Of a stretch of DNA of 64,000 nt, positions 51,579 to 64,000 are shown piece after piece; within the stretch, counting starts at the first letter, position 1, and each line of letters begins with the position of its first letter. The notes under the pieces are model-generated. The model saw only the letters and a list, made by a program, of their open reading frames with translations, did no database searches and was not told where the DNA came from. The stretch spans positions 7,844,451-7,908,450 of the forward strand of contig NC_134035.1 in assembly GCF_964204645.1 (NCBI RefSeq). Direction: 5' to 3'. A program made the position numbers and the translations under genes. This DNA is from Tubulanus polymorphus. Its lineage: Eukaryota > Animalia > Nemertea.

Positions 51579-51697
51579 AGTCTACAGCACCCGGTATTCC
51601 CAGGCGGTCACCCATCCAAGTACTAACCGGGCCCGACGTTGCTTAACTTCGGTGATCGGACGAGAACCGGTGCTTTCAACGTGGTATGGCCGTAGAC
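51579..51697 (-). rRNA. 5S: 5S rRNA copy 94
   Basis: As copy 1. Confidence 0.98.
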
Positions 51698-52135
51698 AAC
51701 ACAACGTACAAATCTAACCGTTTTGATATTACCTTCTCGATAGGATCGCCACCTCAGCGAGGCATCCACTTTTTATGTCTCTTTTAACACAGTTTCAATT
51801 GCTCAACTGATAAAACCAGGTACAATTATCCATTCGCTCCATCGAAAGATGTAGAAACAAACGCCTTTCCCTTCGCTCAAGGATCGGCGTTGAATAAGGC
51901 GGAGGAAACTATGAGAACAGCTACTTAGCAACACAATCTGTGACGTCACATTACCAGAAAACATCCAATCTTCTATCTCTAACAAAGTATCGATTTGGGA
52001 ATATATCTGCGACAACAAAATTTTGACGGCTTCGTTCAACTAATGGCGAAAACGAACAAGCAAATAAACAAACAAATAAACGGCTGTTTACGAGTGCTTT
52101 TAATTTTTGAAATAAATCGAGCAAAATTTGAAAAA

Positions 52136-52254
52136 AGTCTACAGCACCCGGTATTCCCAGGCGGTCACCCATCCAAGTACTAACCGGGCCCGACGTTGCT
52201 TAACTTCGGTGATCGGACGAGAACCGGTGCTTTCAACGTGGTATGGCCGTAGAC
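52136..52254 (-). rRNA. 5S: 5S rRNA copy 95 (31-bp upstream deletion)
   Basis: As copy 1. Confidence 0.97.
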
Positions 52255-52661
52255 AACAAAACGTATCAATCTAACCGTTTTGATATTACCTTCACTTTTT
52301 ATGTCTCTTTTAACACAGTTTCAATTGCTCAACTGATAAAACCAGGTACAATTATCCATTCGCTCCATCGAAAGATGTAGAAACAAACGCCTTTCCCTTC
52401 GCTCAAGGATCGGCGTTGAATAAGGCGGAGGAAACTATGAGAACAGCTACTTAGCAACACAATCTGTGACGTCACATTACCAGAAAACATCCAATCTTCT
52501 ATCTCTAACAAAGTATCGATTTGGGAATATATCTGCGACAACAAAATTTTGACGGCTTCGTTCAACTAATGGCGAAAACAAACAAGCAAATAAACAAACA
52601 AATAAACGGCTGTTTACGAGTGCTTTTAATTTTTGAAATAAATCGAGCAAAATTTGAAAAA

Positions 52662-52780
52662 AGTCTACAGCACCCGGTATTCCCAGGCGGTCACCCATCC
52701 AAGTACTAACCGGGCCCGACGTTGCTTAACTTCGGTGATCGGACGAGAACCGGTGCTTTCAACGTGGTATGGCCGTAGAC
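52662..52780 (-). rRNA. 5S: 5S rRNA copy 96
   Basis: As copy 1. Confidence 0.98.
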
Positions 52781-53218
52781 AACAAAACGTATCAATCTAA
52801 CCGTTTTGATATTACCTTCTCGATAGGATCGCCACCTCAGCGAGGCATCCACTTTTTATGTCTCTTTTAACACAGTTTCAATTGCTCAACTGATAAAACC
52901 AGGTACAATTATCCATTCGCTCCATCGAAAGATGTAGAAACAAACGCCTTTCCCTTCGCTCAAGGATCGGCGTTGAATAAGGCGGAGGAAACTATGAGAA
53001 CAGCTACTTAGCAACACAATCTGTGACGTCACATTACCAGAAAACATCCAATCTTCTATCTCTAACAAAGTATCGATTTGGGAATATATCTGCGACAACA
53101 AAATTTTGACGGCTTCGTTCAACTAATGGCGAAAACGAACAAGCAAATAAACAAACAAATAAACGGCTGTTTACGAGTGCTTTTAATTTTTGAAATAAAT
53201 CGAGCAAAATTTGAAAAA

Positions 53219-53337
53219 AGTCTACAGCACCCGGTATTCCCAGGCGGTCACCCATCCAAGTACTAACCGGGCCCGACGTTGCTTAACTTCGGTGATCGGA
53301 CGAGAACCGGTGCTTTCAACGTGGTATGGCCGTAGAC
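53219..53337 (-). rRNA. 5S: 5S rRNA copy 97
   Basis: As copy 1. Confidence 0.98.
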
Positions 53338-53775
53338 AACAAAACGTATCAATCTAACCGTTTTGATATTACCTTCTCGATAGGATCGCCACCTCAGCGA
53401 GGCATCCACTTTTTATGTCTCTTTTAACACAGTTTCAATTGCTCAACTGATAAAACCAGGTACAATTATCCGTTCGCTCCATCGAAAGATGTAGAAACAA
53501 ACGCCTTTCCCTTCGCTCAAGGATCGGCGTTGAATAAGGCGGAGGAAACTATGAGAACAGCTACTTAGCAACACAATCTGTGACGTCACATTACCAGAAA
53601 ACATCCAATCTTCTATCTCTAACAAAGTATCGATTTGGGAATATATCTGCGACAACAAAATTTTGACGGCTTCGTTCAACTAATGGCGAAAACGAACAAG
53701 CAAATAAACAAACAAATAAACGGCTGTTTACGAGTGCTTTTAATTTTTGAAATAAATCGAGCAAAATTTGAAAAA

Positions 53776-53894
53776 AGTCTACAGCACCCGGTATTCCCAG
53801 GCGGTCACCCATCCAAGTACTAACCGGGCCCGACGTTGCTTAACTTCGGTGATCGGACGAGAACCGGTGCTTTCAACGTGGTATGGCCGTAGAC
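53776..53894 (-). rRNA. 5S: 5S rRNA copy 98
   Basis: As copy 1. Confidence 0.98.
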
Positions 53895-54330
53895 AACAAA
53901 ACGTATCAATCTAACCGTTTTGATATTACCTTCTCGATAGGATCGCCACCTCAGCGAGGCGTCCACTTTTTATGTCTCTTTTAACAGAGTTTCAATTGCT
54001 CAACTGATAAAACCAGGTACAATTATCCATTCGCTCCATCGAAAGATGTAGAAACAAACGCCTTTCCCGTCGCTCAAGGATCGGCGTTGAATAAGGCGGA
54101 GGAAACTATGAGAACAGCTACTTAGCAACACAATCTGTGACGTCACATTACCAGAAAACATCCAATCTTCTATCTAACAAAGTATCGATTTGGGAATATA
54201 TCTGCGACAACAAAATTTTGACAGCTTCGTTCAACTAATGGCGAAAACAAACAAGCAAATAAACAAACAAATAAACGGCTGTTTGCGAGTGCTTTTAATT
54301 TTTGAAATAAATCGAGCTAAATTTGAAAAA

Positions 54331-54449
54331 AGTCTACAGCACCCGGTATTCCCAGGCGGTCACCCATCCAAGTACTAACCGGGCCCGACGTTGCTTAACT
54401 TCGGTGATCGGACGAGAACCGGTGCTTTCAACGTGGTATGGCCGTAGAC
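54331..54449 (-). rRNA. 5S: 5S rRNA copy 99
   Basis: As copy 1. Confidence 0.98.
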
Positions 54450-54887
54450 AACAAAACGTATCAATCTAACCGTTTTGATATTACCTTCTCGATAGGATCG
54501 CCACCTCAGCGAGGCATCCACTTTTTATGTCTCTTTTAACACAGTTTCAATTGCTCAACTGATAAAACCAGGTACAATTATCCATTCGCTCCATCGAAAG
54601 ATGTAGAAACAAACGCCTTTCCCTTCGCTCAAGGATCGGCGTTGAATAAGGCGGAGGAAACTATGAGAACAGCTACTTAGCAACACAATCTGTGACGTCA
54701 CATTACCAGAAAACATCCAATCTTCTATCTCTAACAAAGTATCGATTTGGGAATATATCTGCGACAACAAAATTTTGACGGCTTCGTTCAACTAATGGCG
54801 AAAACGAACAAGCAAATAAACAAACAAATAAACGGCTGTTTACGAGTGCTTTTAATTTTTGAAATAAATCGAGCAAAATTTGAAAAA

Positions 54888-55006
54888 AGTCTACAGCACC
54901 CGGTATTCCCAGGCGGTCACCCATCCAAGTACTAACCGGGCCCGACGTTGCTTAACTTCGGTGATCGGACGAGAACCGGTGCTTTCAACGTGGTATGGCC
55001 GTAGAC
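54888..55006 (-). rRNA. 5S: 5S rRNA copy 100
   Basis: As copy 1. Confidence 0.98.
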
Positions 55007-55442
55007 AACAAAACGTATCAATCTAACCGTTTTGATATTACCTTCTCGATAGGATCGCCACCTCAGCGAGGCATCCACTTTTTATGTCTCTTTTAACACA
55101 GTTTCAATTGCTCAACTGATAAAACCAGGTACAATTATCCATTCGCTCCATCGAAAGATGTAGAAACAAACGCCTTTCCCTTCGCTCAAGGATCGGCGTT
55201 GAATAAGGCGGAGGAAACTATGAGAACAGCTACTTAGCAACACAATCTGTGACGTCACATTACCAGAAAACATCCAATCTTCTATCTAACAAAGTATCGA
55301 TTTGGGAATATATCTGCGACAACAAAATTTTGACAGCTTCGTTCAACTAATGGCGAAAACAAACAAGCAAATAAACAAACAAATAAACGGCTGTTTGCGA
55401 GTGCTTTTAATTTTTGAAATAAATCGAGCAAAATTTGAAAAA

Positions 55443-55561
55443 AGTCTACAGCACCCGGTATTCCCAGGCGGTCACCCATCCAAGTACTAACCGGGCCCGA
55501 CGTTGCTTAACTTCGGTGATCGGACGAGAACCGGTGCTTTCAACGTGGTATGGCCGTAGAC
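55443..55561 (-). rRNA. 5S: 5S rRNA copy 101
   Basis: As copy 1. Confidence 0.98.
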
Positions 55562-55999
55562 AACAAAACGTATCAATCTAACCGTTTTGATATTACCTTC
55601 TCGATAGGATCGCCACCTCAGCGAGGCATCCACTTTTTATGTCTCTTTTAACACAGTTTCAATTGCTCAACTGATAAAACCAGGTACAATTATCCATTCG
55701 CTCCATCGAAAGATGTAGAAACAAACGCCTTTCCCTTCGCTCAAGGATCGGCGTTGAATAAGGCGGAGGAAACTATGAGAACAGCTACTTAGCAACACAA
55801 TCTGTGACGTCACATTACCAGAAAACATCCAATCTTCTATCTCTAACAAAGTATCGATTTGGGAATATATCTGCGACAACAAAATTTTGACGGCTTCGTT
55901 CAACTAATGGCGAAAACGAACAAGCAAATAAACAAACAAATAAACGGCGGTTTACGAGTGCTTTTAATTTTTGAAATAAATCGAGCAAAATTTGAAAAA

Positions 56000-56118
56000 A
56001 GTCTACAGCACCCGGTATTCCCAGGCGGTCACCCATCCAAGTACTAACCGGGCCCGACGTTGCTTAACTTCGGTGATCGGACGAGAACCGGTGCTTTCAA
56101 CGTGGTATGGCCGTAGAC
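56000..56118 (-). rRNA. 5S: 5S rRNA copy 102
   Basis: As copy 1. Confidence 0.98.
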
Positions 56119-56556
56119 AACAAAACGTATCAATCTAACCGTTTTGATATTACCTTCTCGATAGGATCGCCACCTCAGCGAGGCATCCACTTTTTATGTC
56201 TCTTTTAACACAGTTTCAATTGCTCAACTGATAAAACCAGGTACAATTATCCATTCGCTCCATCGAAAGATGTAGAAACAAACGCCTTTCCCTTCGCTCA
56301 AGGATCGGCGTTGAATAAGGCGGAGGAAACTATGAGAACAGCTACTTAGCAACACAATCTGTGACGTCACATTACCAGAAAACATCCAATCTTCTATCTC
56401 TAACAAAGTATCGATTTGGGAATATATCTGCGACAACAAAATTTTGACGGCTTCGTTCAACTAATGGCGAAAACGAACAAGCAAATAAACAAACAAATAA
56501 ACGGCTGTTTACGAGTGCTTTTAATTTTTGAAATAAATCGAGCAAAATTTGAAAAA

Positions 56557-56675
56557 AGTCTACAGCACCCGGTATTCCCAGGCGGTCACCCATCCAAGTA
56601 CTAACCGGGCCCGACGTTGCTTAACTTCGGTGATCGGACGAGAACCGGTGCTTTCAACGTGGTATGGCCGTAGAC
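56557..56675 (-). rRNA. 5S: 5S rRNA copy 103
   Basis: As copy 1. Confidence 0.98.
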
Positions 56676-57111
56676 AACAAAACGTATCAATCTAACCGTT
56701 TTGATATTACCTTCTCGATAGGATCGCCACCTCAGCGAGGCATCCACTTTTTATGTCTCTTTTAACACAGTTTCAATTGCTCAACTGATAAAACCAGGTA
56801 CAATTATCCATTCGCTCCATCGAAAGATGTAGAAACAAACGCCTTTCCCTTCGCTCAAGGATCGGCGTTGAATAAGGCGGAGGAAACTATGAGAACAGCT
56901 ACTTAGCAACACAATCTGTGACGTCACATTACCAGAAAACATCCAATCTTCTATCTAACAAAGTATCGATTTGGGAATATATCTGCGACAACAAAATTTT
57001 GACAGCTTCGTTCAACTAATGGCGAAAACAAACAAGCAAATAAACAAACAAATAAACGGCTGTTTGCGAGTGCTTTTAATTTTTGAAATAAATCGAGCAA
57101 AATTTGAAAAA

Positions 57112-57230
57112 AGTCTACAGCACCCGGTATTCCCAGGCGGTCACCCATCCAAGTACTAACCGGGCCCGACGTTGCTTAACTTCGGTGATCGGACGAGAAC
57201 CGGTGCTTTCAACGTGGTATGGCCGTAGAC
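57112..57230 (-). rRNA. 5S: 5S rRNA copy 104
   Basis: As copy 1. Confidence 0.98.
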
Positions 57231-57668
57231 AACAAAATGTATCAATCTAACCGTTTTGATATTACCTTCTCGATAGGATCGCCACCTCAGCGAGGCATCC
57301 ACTTTTTATGTCTCTTTTAACACAGTTTCAATTGCTCAACTGATAAAACCAGGTACAATTATCCATTCGCTCCATCGAAAGATGTAGAAACAAACGCCTT
57401 TCCCTTCGCTCAAGGATCGGCGTTGAATAAGGCGGAGGAAACTATGAGAACAGCTACTTAGCAACACAATCTGTGACGTCACATTACCAGAAAACATCCA
57501 ATCTTCTATCTCTAACAAAGTATCGATTTGGGAATATATCTGCGACAACAAAATTTTGACGGCTTCGTTCAACTAATGGCGAAAACGAACAAGCAAATAA
57601 ACAAACAAATAAACGGCTGTTTACGAGTGCTTTTAATTTTTGAAATAAATCGAGCAAAATTTGAAAAA

Positions 57669-57787
57669 AGTCTACAGCACCCGGTATTCCCAGGCGGTCA
57701 CCCATCCAAGTACTAACCGGGCCCGACGTTGCTTAACTTCGGTGATCGGACGAGAACCGGTGCTTTCAACGTGGTATGGCCGTAGAC
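57669..57787 (-). rRNA. 5S: 5S rRNA copy 105
   Basis: As copy 1. Confidence 0.98.
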
Positions 57788-58223
57788 AACAAAACGTATC
57801 AATCTAACCGTTTTGATATTACCTTCTCGATAGGATCGCCACCTCAGCGAGGCATCCACTTTTTATGTCTCTTTTAACACAGTTTCAATTGCTCAACTGA
57901 TAAAACCAGGTACAATTATCCATTCGCTCCATCGAAAGATGTAGAAACAAACGCCTTTCCCTTCGCTCAAGGATCGGCGTTGAATAAGGCGGAGGAAACT
58001 ATGAGAACTGCTACTTAGCAACACAATCTGTGACGTCACATTACCAGAAAACATCCAATCTTCTATCTAACAAAGTATCGATTTGGGAATATATCTGCGA
58101 CAACAAAATTTTGACAGCTTCGTTCAACTAATGGCGAAAACAAACAAGCAAATAAACAAACAAATAAACGGCTGTTTGCGAGTGCTTTTAATTTTTGAAA
58201 TAAATCGAGCAAAATTTGAAAAA

Positions 58224-58342
58224 AGTCTACAGCACCCGGTATTCCCAGGCGGTCACCCATCCAAGTACTAACCGGGCCCGACGTTGCTTAACTTCGGTGA
58301 TCGGACGAGAACCGGTGCTTTCAACGTGGTATGGCCGTAGAC
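58224..58342 (-). rRNA. 5S: 5S rRNA copy 106
   Basis: As copy 1. Confidence 0.98.
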
Positions 58343-58780
58343 AACAAAACGTATCAATCTAACCGTTTTGATATTACCTTCTCGATAGGATCGCCACCTC
58401 AGCGAGGCATCCACTTTTTATGTCTCTTTTAACACAGTTTCAATTGCTCAACTGATAAAACCAGGTACAATTATCCATTCGCTCCATCGAAAGATGTAGA
58501 AACAAACGCCTTTCCCTTCGCTCAAGGATCGGCGTTGAATAAGGCGGAGGAAACTATGAGAACAGCTACTTAGCAACACAATCTGTGACGTCACATTACC
58601 AGAAAACATCCAATCTTCTATCTCTAACAAAGTATCGATTTGGGAATATATCTGCGACAACAAAATTTTGACGGCTTCGTTCAACTAATGGCGAAAACGA
58701 ACAAGCAAATAAACAAACAAATAAACGGCTGTTTACGAGTGCTTTTAATTTTTGAAATAAATCGAGCAAAATTTGAAAAA

Positions 58781-58899
58781 AGTCTACAGCACCCGGTATT
58801 CCCAGGCGGTCACCCATCCAAGTACTAACCGGGCCCGACGTTGCTTAACTTCGGTGATCGGACGAGAACCGGTGCTTTCAACGTGGTATGGCCGTAGAC
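58781..58899 (-). rRNA. 5S: 5S rRNA copy 107
   Basis: As copy 1. Confidence 0.98.
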
Positions 58900-59337
58900 A
58901 ACAAAACGTATCAATCTAACCGTTTTGATATTACCTTCTCGATAGGATCGCCACCTCAGCGAGGCATCCACTTTTTATGTCTCTTTTAACACAGTTTCAA
59001 TTGCTCAACTGATAAAACCAGGTACAATTATCCATTCGCTCCATCGAAAGATGTAGAAACAAACGCCTTTCCCTTCGCTCAAGGATCGGCGTTGAATAAG
59101 GCGGAGGAAACTATGAGAACAGCTACTTAGCAACACAATCTGTGACGTCACATTACCAGAAAACATCCAATCTTCTATCTCTAACAAAGTATCGATTTGG
59201 GAATATATCTGCGACAACAAAATTTTGACGGCTTCGTTCAACTAATGGCGAAAACGAACAAGCAAATAAACAAACAAATAAACGGCTGTTTACGAGTGCT
59301 TTTAATTTTTGAAATAAATCGAGCAAAATTTGAAAAA

Positions 59338-59456
59338 AGTCTACAGCACCCGGTATTCCCAGGCGGTCACCCATCCAAGTACTAACCGGGCCCGACGTTG
59401 CTTAACTTCGGTGATCGGACGAGAACCGGTGCTTTCAACGTGGTATGGCCGTAGAC
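59338..59456 (-). rRNA. 5S: 5S rRNA copy 108 (31-bp upstream deletion)
   Basis: As copy 1. Confidence 0.97.
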
Positions 59457-59863
59457 AACAAAACGTATCAATCTAACCGTTTTGATATTACCTTCACTTT
59501 TTATGTCTCTTTTAACACAGTTTCAATTGCTCAACTGATAAAACCAGGTACAATTATCCATTCGCTCCATCGAAAGATGTAGAAACAAACGCCTTTCCCT
59601 TCGCTCAAGGATCGGCGTTGAATAAGGCGGAGGAAACTATGAGAACAGCTACTTAGCAACACAATCTGTGACGTCACATTACCAGAAAACATCCAATCTT
59701 CTATCTCTAACAAAGTATCGATTTGGGAATATATCTGCGACAACAAAATTTTGACGGCTTCGTTCAACTAATGGCGAAAACGAACAAGCAAATAAACAAA
59801 CAAATAAACGGCTGTTTACGAGTGCTTTTAATTTTTGAAATAAATCGAGCAAAATTTGAAAAA

Positions 59864-59982
59864 AGTCTACAGCACCCGGTATTCCCAGGCGGTCACCCAT
59901 CCAAGTACTAACCGGGCCCGACGTTGCTTAACTTCGGTGATCGGACGAGAACCGGTGCTTTCAACGTGGTATGGCCGTAGAC
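59864..59982 (-). rRNA. 5S: 5S rRNA copy 109
   Basis: As copy 1. Confidence 0.98.
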
Positions 59983-60420
59983 AACAAAACGTATCAATCT
60001 AACCGTTTTGATATTACCTTCTCGATAGGATCGCCACCTCAGCGAGGCATCCACTATTTATGTCTCTTTTAACACAGTTTCAATTGCTCAACTGATAAAA
60101 CCAGGTACAATTATCCATTCGCTCCATCGAAAGATGTAGAAACAAACGCCTTTCCCTTCGCTCAAGGATCGGCGTTGAATAAGGCGGAGGAAACTATGAG
60201 AACAGCTACTTAGCAACACAATCTGTGACGTCACATTACCAGAAAACATCCAATCTTCTATCTATAACAAAGTATCGATTTGGGAATATATCTGCGACAA
60301 CAAAATTTTGACGGCTTCGTTCAACTAATGGCGAAAACGAACAAGCAAATAAACAAACAAATAAACGGCTGTTTACGAGTGCTTTTAATTTTTGAAATAA
60401 ATCGAGCAAAATTTGAAAAA

Positions 60421-60539
60421 AGTCTACAGCACCCGGTATTCCCAGGCGGTCACCCATCCAAGTACTAACCGGGCCCGACGTTGCTTAACTTCGGTGATCG
60501 GACGAGAACCGGTGCTTTCAACGTGGTATGGCCGTAGAC
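60421..60539 (-). rRNA. 5S: 5S rRNA copy 110 (31-bp upstream deletion)
   Basis: As copy 1. Confidence 0.97.
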
Positions 60540-60946
60540 AACAAAACGTATCAATCTAACCGTTTTGATATTACCTTCACTTTTTATGTCTCTTTTAACA
60601 CAGTTTCAATTGCTCAACTGATAAAACCAGGTACAATTATCCATTCGCTCCATCGAAAGATGTAGAAACAAACGCCTTTCCCTTCGCTCAAGGATCGGCG
60701 TTGAATAAGGCGGAGGAAACTATGAGAACAGCTACTTAGCAACACAATCTGTGACGTCACATTACCAGAAAACATCCAATCTTCTATCTCTAACAAAGTA
60801 TCGATTTGGGAATATATCTGCGACAACAAAATTTTGACGGCTTCGTTCAACTAATGGCGAAAACGAACAAGCAAATAAACAAACAAATAAACGGCTGTTT
60901 ACGAGTGCTTTTAATTTTTGAAATAAATCGAGCAAAATTTGAAAAA

Positions 60947-61065
60947 AGTCTACAGCACCCGGTATTCCCAGGCGGTCACCCATCCAAGTACTAACCGGGC
61001 CCGACGTTGCTTAACTTCGGTGATCGGACGAGAACCGGTGCTTTCAACGTGGTATGGCCGTAGAC
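60947..61065 (-). rRNA. 5S: 5S rRNA copy 111
   Basis: As copy 1. Confidence 0.98.
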
Positions 61066-61503
61066 AACAAAACGTATCAATCTAACCGTTTTGATATTAC
61101 CTTCTCGATAGGATCGCCACCTCAGCGAGGCATCCACTTTTTATGTCTCTTTTAACACAGTTTCAATTGCTCAACTGATAAAACCAGGTACAATTATCCA
61201 TTCGCTCCATCGAAAGATGTAGAAACAAACGCCTTTCCCTTCGCTCAAGGATCGGCGTTGAATAAGGCGGAGGAAACTATGAGAACAGCTACTTAGCAAC
61301 ACAATCTGTGACGTCACATTACCAGAAAACATCCAATCTTCTATCTCTAACAAAGTATCGATTTGGGAATATATCTGCGACAACAAAATTTTGACGGCTT
61401 CGTTCAACTAATGGCGAAAACGAACAAGCAAATAAACAAACAAATAAACGGCTGTTTACGAGTGCTTTTAATTTTTGAAATAAATCGAGCAAAATTTGAA
61501 AAA

Positions 61504-61622
61504 AGTCTACAGCACCCGGTATTCCCAGGCGGTCACCCATCCAAGTACTAACCGGGCCCGACGTTGCTTAACTTCGGTGATCGGACGAGAACCGGTGCTT
61601 TCAACGTGGTATGGCCGTAGAC
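61504..61622 (-). rRNA. 5S: 5S rRNA copy 112 (31-bp upstream deletion)
   Basis: As copy 1. Confidence 0.97.
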
Positions 61623-62029
61623 AACAAAACGTATCAATCTAACCGTTTTGATATTACCTTCACTTTTTATGTCTCTTTTAACACAGTTTCAATTGCTCAA
61701 CTGATAAAACCAGGTACAATTATCCATTCGCTCCATCGAAAGATGTAGAAACAAACGCCTTTCCCTTCGCTCAAGGATCGGCGTTGAATAAGGCGGAGGA
61801 AACTATGAGAACAGCTACTTAGCAACACAATCTGTGACGTCACATTACCAGAAAACATCCAATCTTCTATCTCTAACAAAGTATCGATTTGGGAATATAT
61901 CTGCGACAACAAAATTTTGACGGCTTCGTTCAACTAATGGCGAAAACGAACAAGCAAATAAACAAACAAATAAACGGCTGTTTACGAGTGCTTTTAATTT
62001 TTGAAATAAATCGAGCAAAATTTGAAAAA

Positions 62030-62148
62030 AGTCTACAGCACCCGGTATTCCCAGGCGGTCACCCATCCAAGTACTAACCGGGCCCGACGTTGCTTAACTT
62101 CGGTGATCGGACGAGAACCGGTGCTTTCAACGTGGTATGGCCGTAGAC
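62030..62148 (-). rRNA. 5S: 5S rRNA copy 113 (31-bp upstream deletion)
   Basis: As copy 1. Confidence 0.97.
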
Positions 62149-62555
62149 AACAAAACGTATCAATCTAACCGTTTTGATATTACCTTCACTTTTTATGTCT
62201 CTTTTAACACAGTTTCAATTGCTCAACTGATAAAACCAGGTACAATTATCCATTCGCTCCATCGAAAGATGTAGAAACAAACGCCTTTCCCTTCGCTCAA
62301 GGATCGGCGTTGAATAAGGCGGAGGAAACTATGAGAACAGCTACTTAGCAACACAATCTGTGACGTCACATTACCAGAAAACATCCAATCTTCTATCTCT
62401 AACAAAGTATCGATTTGGGAATATATCTGCGACAACAAAATTTTGACGGCTTCGTTCAACTAATGGCGAAAACGAACAAGCAAATAAACAAACAAATAAA
62501 CGGCTGTTTACGAGTGCTTTTAATTTTTGAAATAAATCGAGCAAAATTTGAAAAA

Positions 62556-62674
62556 AGTCTACAGCACCCGGTATTCCCAGGCGGTCACCCATCCAAGTAC
62601 TAACCGGGCCCGACGTTGCTTAACTTCGGTGATCGGACGAGAACCGGTGCTTTCAACGTGGTATGGCCGTAGAC
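62556..62674 (-). rRNA. 5S: 5S rRNA copy 114
   Basis: As copy 1. Confidence 0.98.
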
Positions 62675-63112
62675 AACAAAACGTATCAATCTAACCGTTT
62701 TGATATTACCTTCTCGATAGGATCGCCACCTCAGCGAGGCATCCACTTTTTATGTCTCTTTTAACACAGTTTCAATTGCTCAACTGATAAAACCAGGTAC
62801 AATTATCCATTCGCTCCATCGAAAGATGTAGAAACAAACGCCTTTCCCTTCGCTCAAGGATCGGCGTTGAATAAGGCGGAGGAAACTATGAGAACAGCTA
62901 CTTAGCAACACAATCTGTGACGTCACATTACCAGAAAACATCCAATCTTCTATCTATAACAAAGTATCGATTTGGGAATATATCTGCGACAACAAAATTT
63001 TGACGGCTTCGTTCAACTAATGGCGAAAACGAACAAGCAAATAAACAAACAAATAAACGGCTGTTTACGAGTGCTTTTAATTTTTGAAATAAATCGAGCA
63101 AAATTTGAAAAA

Positions 63113-63231
63113 AGTCTACAGCACCCGGTATTCCCAGGCGGTCACCCATCCAAGTACTAACCGGGCCCGACGTTGCTTAACTTCGGTGATCGGACGAGAA
63201 CCGGTGCTTTCAACGTGGTATGGCCGTAGAC
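63113..63231 (-). rRNA. 5S: 5S rRNA copy 115
   Basis: As copy 1. Confidence 0.98.
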
Positions 63232-63667
63232 AACAAAACGTATCAATCTAACCGTTTTGATATTACCTTCTCGATAGGATCGCCACCTCAGCGAGGCGTC
63301 CACTTTTTATGTCTCTTTTAACAGAGTTTCAATTGCTCAACTGATAAAACCAGGTACAATTATCCATTCGCTCCATCGAAAGATGTAGAAACAAACGCCT
63401 TTCCCGTCGCTCAAGGATCGGCGTTGAATAAGGCGGAGGAAACTATGAGAACAGCTACTTAGCAACACAATCTGTGACGTCACATTACCAGAAAACATCC
63501 AATCTTCTATCTAACAAAGTATCGATTTGGGAATATATCTGCGACAACAAAATTTTGACAGCTTCGTTCAACTAATGGCGAAAACAAACAAGCAAATAAA
63601 CAAACAAATAAACGGCTGTTTGCGAGTGCTTTTAATTTTTGAAATAAATCGAGCAAAATTTGAAAAA

Positions 63668-63786
63668 AGTCTACAGCACCCGGTATTCCCAGGCGGTCAC
63701 CCATCCAAGTACTAACCGGGCCCGACGTTGCTTAACTTCGGTGATCGGACGAGAACCGGTGCTTTCAACGTGGTATGGCCGTAGAC
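63668..63786 (-). rRNA. 5S: 5S rRNA copy 116
   Basis: As copy 1. Confidence 0.98.
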
Positions 63787-64000
63787 AACAAAACGTATCA
63801 ATCTAACCGTTTTGATATTACCTTCTCGATAGGATCGCCACCTCAGCGAGGCATCCACTTTTTATGTCTCTTTTAACACAGTTTCAATTGCTCAACTGAT
63901 AAAACCAGGTACAATTATCCATTCGCTCCATCGAAAGATGTAGAAACAAACGCCTTTCCCTTCGCTCAAGGATCGGCGTTGAATAAGGCGGAGGAAACTA

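Larger units (their letters stand above)
1..64000 (-). repeat. 5S rDNA tandem array, 116 genes, unit 557 bp (variants 526/554/555/556/558 bp); continues past both window edges
   Basis: Near-identical unit repeated without interruption; periods are read from the sequence and from the spacing of the recurring ORFs. Confidence 0.99.

Noticed and set aside
33-63715. Recurring 60-89 aa ORFs (MGDRLG..., MGIYLR..., MNEAVK...)
   Set aside because: Two overlap the 5S gene, two begin at TTG rather than ATG, none has a recognisable domain, and all are freely broken by stops and frameshifts among units
1-64000. CRISPR-like repeat/spacer or plain satellite interpretation
   Set aside because: Spacers are near-identical rather than unique, and each unit holds a complete eukaryotic 5S gene with a terminator

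Overview
The whole window is a eukaryotic 5S rDNA tandem array with 116 head-to-tail 5S rRNA genes (~119-120 nt). All are on the minus strand, and each is followed by a T6 Pol III terminator. The basic unit is 557 bp (gene plus ~438-bp spacer). Length variants are 555 bp (loss of one TC), 554/556/558 bp (rarer indels) and 526 bp (a 31-bp deletion at -40 to -70, 18 copies). From memory the 5S sequence looks invertebrate-metazoan (mollusc/lophotrochozoan-like); this was not verified by a search. No protein-coding gene is supported: all listed ORFs are repeat by-products. I found no convincing novel system. The points of interest are nested multi-unit duplications, regional turnover of spacer haplotypes, the hairpin-removing 31-bp deletion, rare 5S variants, a perfect CRE palindrome in the spacer and a weak, speculative structured-RNA signal in the spacer. 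Variants were found by eye and some may have been missed.
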